From Vulcanimicrobiota bacterium (GTDB lineage Bacteria; Vulcanimicrobiota; Vulcanimicrobiia; Vulcanimicrobiales; Vulcanimicrobiaceae): 54,643 nucleotides of DNA. Made by a program: the position numbers and the translations under genes. The notes below the pieces were generated by a model, which saw nothing but the letters and a program-made list of their open reading frames with translations, searched no databases and was not told where the DNA came from. Shown here piece by piece: positions 8,977 to 17,930 of this stretch. The number at the start of each line of letters is the position of its first letter. Positions within the stretch are counted from its first letter, which is position 1. The stretch is taken from the NCBI GenBank assembly GCA_027364935.1, contig DAHXOK010000003.1, forward strand, positions 1 to 54,643, given 5' to 3'.

Positions 8977-11076
8977 CTACGTTTTATGAGATTTCGCTAA
9001 GAAAGTCCGCTGGGCGTCGCAGGGCGGGTGGCGTTCCCCGGGCACGAGCCGCCGGTACGTTCCGTCGGGCAGGAGCTCCCTACTCTTGACGTTGTCCCGC
9101 AGCAGCGTTCCGAGAATCCGGCGGTCGACCGTCTCCGCAATGGCAGCGTCCTGGACCGGGACCGCCAACTCGACCCTCCGGTCGAGGCTACGACCCATCC
9201 AATCGGCGCTCGAAAGGAGGACCTCGCGTTCGCCGCCGTTTTCGAAGACGTAGATACGCGAGTGCTCGAGGAACCGCCCGACGATCGACCAGACGCGGAT
9301 GCGCTCGGAGAGCCCGGGGAGGCCCGGCCGCAGCACGCACATTCCCCGCACGACCAGCCGGATGTCGACGCCGCCCTGGCTCGCCCGGTAGAGCGCGCGC
9401 ACGATCTCGAGATCGGTAAGCGCGTTCAGCTTCGCGCGCACTCCGGCCGGGCGCCCTGCCCGGGCGTGCTCGATCTCGCGCTCGATGCGCGAGAGTATTT
9501 CGCGGCGCATTGTGACCGGCGAGACGAAGAGATCGTCGAAGTCGGTCACCTTCGCGAAGCCGGTGAGCGCGTTGAAGAGCGCGACGGTGTCGCTGCCCAG
9601 ACGCGGGCGGCAGGTGAAGAGGCCGAGATCTGTGTAGACGCGCGCGCTCTTCTCATTGTAGTTCCCAGTGCCGAAATGGATGTAGCGCCGTAGGCCATCG
9701 TCGTCCTCACGAATCACCATGAGCGCCTTCGCATGCACCTTGAGGCCCGGGAAGCCGTAGACGACGTGAACGCCGGCACGCTCCAATCTGCGTGCCCACT
9801 CGATGTTGTTCTGTTCGTCGAAGCGCGCCTTGAGCTCGATGACGACGGCGACTTGCTTACCGTTTTCCGCCGCTTCCAGCAGCGCGCTCACGATCGGCGA
9901 GTTGGAGCCCGACGTGCGATAGAGGGTCGCCTTGATGGCAAGCACGCGTTCGTCGCTTGCCGCCTGTCGTAAGAACTGCAGTACCGGATCGAACGAGTCG
10001 TACGGATGGTGCAGCAGCACGTCGCCGTCGCGAATCAACGCGAAGAGGTCCGTGACGCCGCGCAAACGCTTGGGGATCGCGGGAAGAAACGGCGCATAGC
10101 GCAGCTCGTCGTAACCGGGAAGATCGATCAGCTGCCGCAGGTCCCCGAGCGCCATGGGGCCTTCCACTTCGTAACAATCGACCTCGTGGAGATCCAGCGA
10201 CTTCAGCAAGAACTCGCGCATGTATTCCGGTATGCCGCGCTCGATCTCGAGGCGAACGGGCTCGCCGAATCGTCGCCGCTGAAGCTCCGATTCGATCGCA
10301 GCGAGGAGATCGTCGGCCTCGTCCTCTTGCAAGTCGAGGTCCGCGTCTCGCGTGACGCGGAACACGTACGCGTCGCGCACGGTCATGCCGGGGAAGAGGG
10401 CGCCGAGGTATCGCGCGATCACGTCCTCGAGGAGCACGAACCTGCGCTCGCCCGGCAGCGACGGTTCCACCGCGATGAACCGCGGCAGCGTGGGCGGGAT
10501 CTTCACGCGCGCAAAATGCAGCGAGACGCCGTCGGCAGTGTTCTCTTCGAGCTCGACGGCAAGCGAGAGCGAGAGATTCGAGATGTACGGGAACGGATGC
10601 CCGCTGTCGACCGCCAACGGCGTCAGCACGGCGAAGACGCGCTCGTCGAACGTTCGCTCGACGTTCGCCTGCGCTTCCTCGTCGAGATCGGCGACGCGCA
10701 CGATGCGGATGCCGCGTCGCTCGAGAGCGGGCAGGATGCGCTCGACGAGCAGATGCATCTGCTGCGATTTCGAGAGGCGAACGCGCTCCGAGACCGCCGC
10801 CAGATGCTCGCTGGGGGTGCGGCCGTCCTCCGTACGACGCAGGACTTGCGCGTCGATCTGTTGCTTGATCGCCGCGACGCGAATCATGAAGAACTCGTCG
10901 AGGTTCGTTTCGTAGATCGCGATGAAGTTCAACCGCTCGAAGAGCGGATTACGGCGATCGAGCGCCTCCTCGAGCACGCGGTCGTTGAACTCCAGCCACG
11001 AGAGCTCTTGGCTGAAGTAGGAAGCCGGATCGTCGGGAAAGCTGCCTCTGCGCGGCGGCTTCGCTGGTGCGAGCAT
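8977..11076 (-). CDS. ppk1: Polyphosphate kinase 1
   Basis: 699 aa. FSQELSWLEFNDRVLEEALDRRNPLFERLNFIAIYETNLDEFFMIRV... and the C-terminal PLD-like repeats (HAKALMV..., LGSADWMGRSLDRRVE) are PPK1 hallmarks. Confidence 0.95.
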   Translation of the reverse strand: MLAPAKPPRRGSFPDDPASYFSQELSWLEFNDRVLEEALDRRNPLFERLNFIAIYETNLDEFFMIRVAAIKQQIDAQVLRRTEDGRTPSEHLAAVSERVRLSKSQQMHLLVERILPALERRGIRIVRVADLDEEAQANVERTFDERVFAVLTPLAVDSGHPFPYISNLSLSLAVELEENTADGVSLHFARVKIPPTLPRFIAVEPSLPGERRFVLLEDVIARYLGALFPGMTVRDAYVFRVTRDADLDLQEDEADDLLAAIESELQRRRFGEPVRLEIERGIPEYMREFLLKSLDLHEVDCYEVEGPMALGDLRQLIDLPGYDELRYAPFLPAIPKRLRGVTDLFALIRDGDVLLHHPYDSFDPVLQFLRQAASDERVLAIKATLYRTSGSNSPIVSALLEAAENGKQVAVVIELKARFDEQNNIEWARRLERAGVHVVYGFPGLKVHAKALMVIREDDDGLRRYIHFGTGNYNEKSARVYTDLGLFTCRPRLGSDTVALFNALTGFAKVTDFDDLFVSPVTMRREILSRIEREIEHARAGRPAGVRAKLNALTDLEIVRALYRASQGGVDIRLVVRGMCVLRPGLPGLSERIRVWSIVGRFLEHSRIYVFENGGEREVLLSSADWMGRSLDRRVELAVPVQDAAIAETVDRRILGTLLRDNVKSRELLPDGTYRRLVPGERHPPCDAQRTFLAKSHKT

Positions 11077-11136
11077 GGGAATCCGCCTATTCTACGCGAA
11101 GGCGGCCGCCGCCATCCGAGTGAAGCAGGAAAGACG

Positions 11137-11652
11137 ATGCCGCTCCTGGCCGCGCTCTTCGTGCTCGTAGCAGGCGACTGCGCCTCCACCTTCCTCTACC
11201 ACGTCCCCCAGCACGCATGGTTCTCGCTCCACTTGCGCACGCACCACGACCGGCGCCGCTCCTACTTTGACCACGCGGTCCTCTGCCTCGACCCATGGGT
11301 GCTCCTGGACGGCCTTCTCGGGGCCGTACCGTATGTGGCGGTCGCGGCCGTGGCGTCGCGTCTCTCCTGGCAAGGGGCGCTCGCTGGGCTGGCGATCGGG
11401 CAAGTGCACGTCTGGTGGCGCCATACGAGCCAGATCGCTTGGAAAACCCCGCCTGCCGTATCCGCGGTGCTGCGCCCGCTCTACGTCGTTCTGCCGGAAG
11501 ATCACGACAAGCATCACCGTAATCCCCGGATCGAGTTTGGCGATATCTTTCGCTTTTACGACGCGCCGGCACGCGCGCTGCTCGCGCGGATCGAGAAGGG
11601 AAAGAGAAAGGGCTCCGCGCTGCGCGGCGCACACGGCGCGCCATCCTTGTGA
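11137..11652 (+). CDS. Small fatty-acid-hydroxylase / sterol-desaturase superfamily membrane protein
   Basis: ATG 11137 with aggaaag upstream. This is the last 171 codons of track ORF 10006..11652. His boxes HVPQH, HLRTHH, HVWWRH and HDKHH sit on a hydrophobic scaffold. Confidence 0.65.
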   Translation: MPLLAALFVLVAGDCASTFLYHVPQHAWFSLHLRTHHDRRRSYFDHAVLCLDPWVLLDGLLGAVPYVAVAAVASRLSWQGALAGLAIGQVHVWWRHTSQIAWKTPPAVSAVLRPLYVVLPEDHDKHHRNPRIEFGDIFRFYDAPARALLARIEKGKRKGSALRGAHGAPSL

Positions 11653-12818
11653 CGAAGCGCGTCTTGTTGCTGATCTCGGATACCGGCGGCGGCCATCGCA
11701 GCGCCGCCAACGCCATTGCCGCTGCGCTGAGTGAGATCGATTCCCCGTGCACGTTCGAATGCCGCATCGAAGACGTCGCGGCGCACTGTTCTTTCCCGCT
11801 CACGCAGCTCGGGCGAGGGTACAGCATGGCGCTGCGGTACGCGCCGCCAGTGTACGGCGCGCTCTACCATGCAACCAATGGGCGGCGACGCTATCGCGCG
11901 CTCGTACGATTCTGCGAGCCGCTCTATCGCGAGCGCTTGCGGGACCTCTTCATCGACTACACGCCCGACGTCATCGTCTCGATCCACCCATTGCTCAACC
12001 ACGCGGCGCTGCGCGCGCGCACCGACGCGCACATGCAGGACGTACCGATCGTAACGGTGATCACCGATCTCGGCAACGTACACGAATCGTGGCTCACGCC
12101 GCAGAGCGACGCCGTCGCGGTGCCCGCGCGTGAAGTGTACGAGCGCGCGCTCTCCCGCGCGATACCGCCGTCGCGGCTCTTCGTGCTCGGCCATCCCATC
12201 CACCCGAGGTTCGACGACGTCACCGGAACGAAGGCGCAGCTGCGCGAGCAGCTCGGCTTGCCGCAGGAGGCTTTCGTCGTGATGCTCATGGCCGGCGGTG
12301 AGGGCGGCGGAAAGCTGCTGCCGACCGCGCTTGCTCTCTCTCGTGCGCGCCTTCCGATTCACCTCGTGGTCATCAGCGGTCGCAACGAAACGCTGCGGCA
12401 ACGTCTCGTAGATGCCGCAGTCGGCGTGCCGACGCCGATGCAGGTACTCGGCTTCACGGAAAAGGTGCCCGAGTTCATGCACGCTGTCGATCTCTTGGTA
12501 ACGAAGGCGGGACCGGGCACGCTTGCCGAAGCCAACGCCGCGCAATTACCGATCGTGGTCTACGACTACATTCCCGGGCAAGAGCGAGGAAACGTGGACT
12601 TCGTGCGCCGCAACGATCTCGGTACCGTCGCTATACGCGGCACCGCGGAGGTCGTGCGGGCCGTGCGCACGCTCCTACGATCTCCCGAGCGGCTCGAGCA
12701 GATTCGGCGCAATCAAGCCGCCATTGCGCCGCAGCGAAGCTCGCGACAGATCGCCGCGCTCATCGCCAATATGGCGAATCGAGGCGCTCCGCGCCTGCAA
12801 GCCGTCGCTTCATTATAG
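11649..12818 (+). CDS. Monogalactosyl/monoglucosyl-diacylglycerol synthase-like glycosyltransferase (GT28)
   Basis: 389 aa. N-terminal LLLISDTGGGHRSAANAIAAAL is the MGDG-synthase signature. The GTG start overlaps the upstream stop (GTGA). Confidence 0.8.
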   Translation: MTKRVLLLISDTGGGHRSAANAIAAALSEIDSPCTFECRIEDVAAHCSFPLTQLGRGYSMALRYAPPVYGALYHATNGRRRYRALVRFCEPLYRERLRDLFIDYTPDVIVSIHPLLNHAALRARTDAHMQDVPIVTVITDLGNVHESWLTPQSDAVAVPAREVYERALSRAIPPSRLFVLGHPIHPRFDDVTGTKAQLREQLGLPQEAFVVMLMAGGEGGGKLLPTALALSRARLPIHLVVISGRNETLRQRLVDAAVGVPTPMQVLGFTEKVPEFMHAVDLLVTKAGPGTLAEANAAQLPIVVYDYIPGQERGNVDFVRRNDLGTVAIRGTAEVVRAVRTLLRSPERLEQIRRNQAAIAPQRSSRQIAALIANMANRGAPRLQAVASL

Positions 12819-12823
12819 TCGCG

Positions 12824-13774
12824 TCATAGTCGCGTCGTCAGCGCGCGGCGAAACGCCATCGTCGCGGCACCGACCTGTCCTGCATCGTTCCCCAGCGTCG
12901 CGATGACGATCTCCGTCGTGCTCCGAGGCACCATGGTCGTCAGTTCTTCCACGCGTGCGCGAACGGCGTCGAGCATGAACTCTCCCGCGCTCGAGACGCC
13001 GCCGCCGAGCGCGATGCGCTGCGGGTTGACGAACGCGATGACGTTGGCGATCCCGAGCGCGAGGTCGCTCGCGTAGTTTTTCCAGGCCGCAATCGCGTGA
13101 AGATCGCCGGCTTGCGCGGCCTTTCGAATCTTCTTCGATCCGAGATTGTCGCGCCCGACGTCGAGCAGCTTGCTCCTCGGAAAGGACGGCGCGAGCAAGA
13201 ACGCGTGCCGGATCAGCCCGGTCCCCGACGCCTGCGCTTCGAAGCATCCGATCTTTCCACAGCCGCATACGAAGCCGTCGGTCGGGCGGATCTGATGGTG
13301 CCCGATCTCCCCGGCGCCGTAGCGGTTGCCGAGCAACAGCTCGCCTCCGGCGACGATCCCCGCGCCGATTCCCGTGCCGAGCGTCAAGAGAACGAAGTCC
13401 TGCGTCCCGGCGCCCGTTCCGAACGTGTACTCGCCGAGCGTCGCGCAGCGTGCGTCGTTTGCGATCAGAACGGGAACGCCCAATCGCTCCGAGAGGGTCG
13501 GGCCGAGCGGCGCGTTCTCCCAGCCGAGGTTCGGGCTATACCGCACGATGCCGGTGTGGGGCTCGACGTTCCCCGGCGAGCCGATCCCGATCGCAGCCGA
13601 CTTGCCGGCATCGCCTTGCGCTTTGCCGATGACCGCGACGAGCGCTTCGATGACCGCCGGAAAAGAGAGATCCGTCAGGTCGAGCTCGTGCTGCGCCCGG
13701 ATAGTACCGTCTTCATCGATGATTCCGGCGGTGACGTGAGAGCCGCCCAAATCGACGCCTATTGCAGTTCGCAT
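12824..13774 (-). CDS. ROK family glucokinase
   Basis: 316 aa. IGVDLGGSHVTAGIID..., ROK zinc motif CGCGKIGCFEA, and GIGAGIV. Confidence 0.88.
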   Translation of the reverse strand: MRTAIGVDLGGSHVTAGIIDEDGTIRAQHELDLTDLSFPAVIEALVAVIGKAQGDAGKSAAIGIGSPGNVEPHTGIVRYSPNLGWENAPLGPTLSERLGVPVLIANDARCATLGEYTFGTGAGTQDFVLLTLGTGIGAGIVAGGELLLGNRYGAGEIGHHQIRPTDGFVCGCGKIGCFEAQASGTGLIRHAFLLAPSFPRSKLLDVGRDNLGSKKIRKAAQAGDLHAIAAWKNYASDLALGIANVIAFVNPQRIALGGGVSSAGEFMLDAVRARVEELTTMVPRSTTEIVIATLGNDAGQVGAATMAFRRALTTRL

Positions 13775-13836
13775 CTGCGCGCTTCCTTTTTACACGAGCG
13801 AAGGCGGCACCCGCATCGCATCGCGAAGAAGCTCGC

Positions 13837-14520
13837 GTGGAAACGATCGATCTCATCGCCCTGCGCGATTTCGCGAAGCGCACCGGCCAACCGACCCATC
13901 CAGAGCTCCTCGACGTGCGGCCCATGGAGTACGTCAGCAAGATCGAAATCGACGAAGAGCACGTCACGATCGAGTACAATGAGAAGACGACCCGCTACTA
14001 CAACCTAAACGAGATCACGAAGAGCGAGTGGATCTACAAGTACAACGACGATCCCGAGTTCGTCGCCGCGGTAGCCAACGTGATCGAGCTCGCACGAAAG
14101 CACGTCAAGGACGTGCCGGACACCATCAGCTGTCCGCCGGGCTGCGCCGAATGCTGTAGCGGATACGAGCCGTTTGTGACCGCCCCGGACGTCACGCGCA
14201 TCGCCGAGCATTTGGGCATATCGTACGACGCCGTTATGCGCGAGTACGTGGTGCCGCGGCGTTCCGCCGACGGACACTACGTCGGCTGGCTGCGCAAGAT
14301 CTCCGACGATCTCGCCGATCAGTGCGTCTTCCTCATGGGCGATCGCAGCGGGCGCTATTACTGTGGCATCTATTCGGCACGGCCGGGCGACTGCCGCGAG
14401 TTCACGCCAATCGGGTGTCAGGACGTCGACGAAACGCTCTCTCACGCGCGCGGCTTCAAGATCGGCCCGCCGTTTCAGCCGAAGCGGCGCCGCAAAGGCG
14501 CAGGCCGCCGCTCGCGATAG
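13837..14520 (+). CDS. YkgJ-family (UPF0153) cysteine-cluster protein
   Basis: CPPGCAECCSGYEPF... plus a distal YYCGIYSARPGDCREF motif. The start is uncertain: GTG 13837 is chosen, and the track ORF begins at 13762. Confidence 0.65.
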   Translation: METIDLIALRDFAKRTGQPTHPELLDVRPMEYVSKIEIDEEHVTIEYNEKTTRYYNLNEITKSEWIYKYNDDPEFVAAVANVIELARKHVKDVPDTISCPPGCAECCSGYEPFVTAPDVTRIAEHLGISYDAVMREYVVPRRSADGHYVGWLRKISDDLADQCVFLMGDRSGRYYCGIYSARPGDCREFTPIGCQDVDETLSHARGFKIGPPFQPKRRRKGAGRRSR

Positions 14521-14554
14521 AGGGGTCGTGCAACGCGCCTTCGTAGCGGCGGAC

Positions 14555-17428
14555 ATGCGCCGTTGCACGATACTCGCTGCCGCACTTCTCGCATTCGTCG
14601 GTGCCGCGTCGGTACCCGACGTACACTGGCGCTTCATCGGGCCGTTGCGCGGAGGACGAACCGCTGCAGTCTCCGGCGTCGCGAGCGAGCCCGACGTCTT
14701 CTACATTGCCGCGGTCAACGGCGGCATCTGGCGCACCGACGACGCGGGAAGAACGTGGACGCCAATCTTCGACGCACAGGATACGGGCTCGATCGGCGCC
14801 CTCGCCGTCGCTCCCTCGGATCCGAACGTCGTCTACGCCGGAAGCGGCGAAGGACTGCAGCGGCCCGATCTCGCGGTCGGAGACGGCATCTACACCTCCG
14901 CCGACGGCGGGAAGACGTGGACGCACCGCGGGCTGCGTGAGGCCGAACAAATCTCCGCCATAGCCGTCGATCCCCACGACGCGCGACGCTTCTTCGTTGC
15001 CGCACTCGGGCACCCGTACGGTCCGAACGCCGAGCGCGGCGTCTTTCGCTCGACGGATGGCGGGGTGACCTTCCAGCGCGTGCTCTACGTCGACGAAAAC
15101 ACGGGAGCGTACGACGTCGTCATCGATCCGAACGACCCAGACGTCGTCTATGCGACGCTCTGGGCCGCGCGTCAGTCACCGTGGGAGACCGGCGAGGGCG
15201 ACTCGTTCCAGATTCCCGGCATCAGCGTCTACAAGTCGACCGACGGCGGCACGACGTGGATGCCGCTGCGCGACGGCTTGCCGCCGCTCTCGGGACGCAG
15301 CGAGATCGCCGTCGCTCCGAGCAACTCGAGCGTTGTGTACGCGTACGTGGACGTTGCGCACCATGGCGCCGCGATCTATCGCAGCGACGACGCCGGCGCA
15401 CATTTCATCGAGGTCGACCACGAGCAGCGGCTTGCGCAGCGCGGCGACGATCTCGCCTCCCTTGCCGTCGACCCACGCGACCCGAACGTCGTCTATGCGA
15501 CGAACACGTCGACCTATCGCTCGATCGACGGCGGACGTCACTTCACGGCCATCAAGGGCGCGCCGGGCGGCGACGATTATCATACGATGTGGATCAACCC
15601 GATTCTGCCCAGCCATATGATCCTCGGCAGCGATCAGGGTGCCGCGGTCTCGCTCAACGGCGGCCGCACCTGGAGCTCGTGGTACGATCAGCCGACGGCG
15701 CAGATGTATCACGTCAACGCAAGCAACGGGTTTCCGTACGTCGTCTGCGGCGGCCAACAAGAGAGCGGCTCCGCATGCGTGAGCAGCCGCGGGGCTTGGG
15801 GAGAGACGACCGTTCGCGACTGGCATCCGGTCGGAGCGGAAGAGTACGGATACGTCGTACCGGATCCACTCCATCACGGCGTCTTCTTTGGAGGCAGAGT
15901 CGAGCGGTTCGACGAGAGCACCGGGCAGACGCAGGACGTGTCGCCGCTGCCGTTGCGCTCGCTCGCGCTGCGCGAGGACCGCACCCAGCCGCTCGCGTTC
16001 GATCCGTTGCGCCCGCAGCGCCTATACTTCGCTCTGAACCGCGTCTTAACAACGCAAGACGGCGGCGCGTCGTGGGACTTCGTGAGTCCCGACCTCACGC
16101 GCGAGCATCCCGCAATACCCGCCGTGCTGGGTCCGTTCGAACGCGACGATCCCGCACGCGGCACGCATCGGGGCACGGTGTACTCGCTTGCGCCGTCGTA
16201 CGTGCACGAAGGCACGCTCTGGGCCGGGACCGACGACGGGTACGTGTGGATCACGCGCGATGCAGGCCGGCATTGGTCGAACGTCACGCCGCCGGCGCTG
16301 ACGCCGTGGAGCAAAGTCGCACAGATCGATGCGTCGCACTTCGACGACCAGACCGCATACGTAGCCGTCAACCGCATTCGGCTCGACGATCTCCATCCGT
16401 ACGTCTACCGCACGCACGACGGCGGCGCGCATTGGCAGCTCGTCGTCGACGGTCTGCCGGAGGAGCCAGTCAACGCCGTACGCGAGGATCCCGTACGTCG
16501 CGGCCTCCTCTATGCAGGAACGGAGGACGGCGTCGACGTTTCCTTCGACGACGGCGCACACTGGCAATCGCTGCAGCGTAACCTTCCGCCCACGTCGGTG
16601 CGGGATCTCATCGTACACGGCGACGATCTCGTCGTCGCGACGCACGGACGCGGTTTCTGGATCCTCGACGACGTCGAACCGCTGCGCGAAATCGCCGCCG
16701 GCCGGGTAACGGGAGCGCTCCATCTCTTCACTCCGGCTGTCGCATATCGCGTGCGGCGAGACACGAATACCGATACGCCGCTTCCTCCCGAGGAGCCGTC
16801 GGGTGAGAACCCACCCGTCGGCGCCATCATCGACTACGCACTTGCCTCGCCGGCGCGTCTGCTCACGATCGAGATCCTCGACGGCGACGGCCGCGTCATT
16901 CGGCGGTACTCGAGCACCGCCCAAGCGCGAGCACCGATTCCCGATCTCGATAAGCCCAACGCATGGGAAGCGCCATTCGAACGACCGTCCGCGCAGGCCG
17001 GCATGCACCGCTTCGTTTGGAACCTGCGCGAGGCTCCGCCTGCCGTCCCGCCGGCAGAGCAAGACCTACCGATTTCAGCCGTTTGGGAGCGTACGCCGCG
17101 CGTTCCGCAGGGAGCGCTGCTGCCGCCGGGACGATACGTCGTTCGCATCGACGCCGACGGGCACGCGGCGTCGGCCCCTGTGACCGTGCTCATGGATCCG
17201 CGGGTTCATCTCTCGGAGGCGACGCTCGTCGAGCAGTATCGGCTCGCACACGACGTCGCGGTGCTGATCGATCGCATTGCCCCTCAACAGGGCTCTGAGG
17301 AGCTCGTCTACGAGCTCGCGTCACTGCTCCAAACGGTGGACGGAAGCGACAGCGCCCCGACCGCCCAAGCGCGCGCCGCGTACGAAACGCTGCGCGCACG
17401 GGTGGAGCATCGCCTCGCAAGGCGTTGA
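14555..17428 (+). CDS. Secreted BNR/Asp-box repeat (sortilin/VPS10-like) beta-propeller protein
   Basis: ATG 14555 gives signal peptide MRRCTILAAALLAFVGAASV. Repeated S-x-D-x-G-x-T-W boxes are present (TDDAGRTWT, SADGGKTWT, STDGGVTF, STDGGTTWM, SIDGGRHF, SLNGGRTWS, TQDGGASWD, TRDAGRHWS, THDGGAHWQ, FDDGAHWQ). 957 aa. Confidence 0.85.
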   Translation: MRRCTILAAALLAFVGAASVPDVHWRFIGPLRGGRTAAVSGVASEPDVFYIAAVNGGIWRTDDAGRTWTPIFDAQDTGSIGALAVAPSDPNVVYAGSGEGLQRPDLAVGDGIYTSADGGKTWTHRGLREAEQISAIAVDPHDARRFFVAALGHPYGPNAERGVFRSTDGGVTFQRVLYVDENTGAYDVVIDPNDPDVVYATLWAARQSPWETGEGDSFQIPGISVYKSTDGGTTWMPLRDGLPPLSGRSEIAVAPSNSSVVYAYVDVAHHGAAIYRSDDAGAHFIEVDHEQRLAQRGDDLASLAVDPRDPNVVYATNTSTYRSIDGGRHFTAIKGAPGGDDYHTMWINPILPSHMILGSDQGAAVSLNGGRTWSSWYDQPTAQMYHVNASNGFPYVVCGGQQESGSACVSSRGAWGETTVRDWHPVGAEEYGYVVPDPLHHGVFFGGRVERFDESTGQTQDVSPLPLRSLALREDRTQPLAFDPLRPQRLYFALNRVLTTQDGGASWDFVSPDLTREHPAIPAVLGPFERDDPARGTHRGTVYSLAPSYVHEGTLWAGTDDGYVWITRDAGRHWSNVTPPALTPWSKVAQIDASHFDDQTAYVAVNRIRLDDLHPYVYRTHDGGAHWQLVVDGLPEEPVNAVREDPVRRGLLYAGTEDGVDVSFDDGAHWQSLQRNLPPTSVRDLIVHGDDLVVATHGRGFWILDDVEPLREIAAGRVTGALHLFTPAVAYRVRRDTNTDTPLPPEEPSGENPPVGAIIDYALASPARLLTIEILDGDGRVIRRYSSTAQARAPIPDLDKPNAWEAPFERPSAQAGMHRFVWNLREAPPAVPPAEQDLPISAVWERTPRVPQGALLPPGRYVVRIDADGHAASAPVTVLMDPRVHLSEATLVEQYRLAHDVAVLIDRIAPQQGSEELVYELASLLQTVDGSDSAPTAQARAAYETLRARVEHRLARR

Positions 17429-17457
17429 GTGTATACTGTCCAAGGGCCCGCTACGGG

Positions 17458-17483
17458 ACCCGTGTCTTCAACCCGTGTCTTCA
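17458..17483 (+). repeat. Perfect 13-bp tandem direct repeat (acccgtgtcttca x2) abutting the RBS of the next gene
   Basis: Units at 17458-17470 and 17471-17483, followed directly by aaaggag (RBS) and ATG 17499. A bulged hairpin gggcccg-cta-cggg(a)ccc (17444-17461) overlaps unit 1. Confidence 0.7.
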
Positions 17484-17498
17484 AAAGGAGACCTATCC

Positions 17499-17930
17499 AT
17501 GATGGGACGACTCTCAGGCAACGCGGCAATAGCCGCAGCCTTTACGATTGCCCTGTGCGGCATCGCTAGCGCCACGGCGACGATGGGCACCACGCACGCC
17601 GCGTCAGCCGCGACGGTGCACGTGACCGCACAGAATCACAGTGGCCAGAGTGGTACCGCGACCCTGGTGCAAAAGGGAAGCGACGTGGTCGTGACCCTCA
17701 CGATGAGCGGCATTCCGGCGGGCGTTGCGGAACCGGCGCACATTCACCCGGGCACGTGCGCGAAATTGAATCCGTCGCCGAAATATCCCTTGACCAACGC
17801 CACGAAGGGCACGACGACCACGACGATCCACAACGTCCGCCTCGCCAGTCTACTGAGCGGACACTACGCGATCAACGTCCACAACGCCCACAATCCGAGC
17901 ATCTACGCCGCCTGCGGCGACATTAAATAA
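17499..17930 (+). CDS. Secreted CHRD-like / Cu,Zn-SOD-like beta-sandwich protein (hypothetical)
   Basis: RBS aaaggag, then ATG 17499. Signal peptide MMGRLSGNAAIAAAFTIALCGIASATA. AEPAHIHPGTC and GHYAINVHNAHNPSIYAACGDI resemble CHRD/SodC strands, but the Zn-loop ligands are not visible. 143 aa. Confidence 0.55.
   Translation: MMGRLSGNAAIAAAFTIALCGIASATATMGTTHAASAATVHVTAQNHSGQSGTATLVQKGSDVVVTLTMSGIPAGVAEPAHIHPGTCAKLNPSPKYPLTNATKGTTTTTIHNVRLASLLSGHYAINVHNAHNPSIYAACGDIK

Noticed and set aside
10006-11136. N-terminal two-thirds of the 548-aa + strand ORF 10006..11652
   Set aside because: It lies antisense to the unmistakable ppk1 gene and is Arg/Glu/Asp-rich with no motif. Only the last 171 codons (from ATG 11137, beyond the ppk1 start) look like a real gene.
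12815-12836. Perfect 11-bp tandem duplication atagtcgcgtc x2 spanning the stops of the convergent GT28 and glucokinase genes
   Set aside because: Real in the sequence, but most simply a slippage duplication in a 5-nt intergenic gap. No hairpin or functional signal is apparent.
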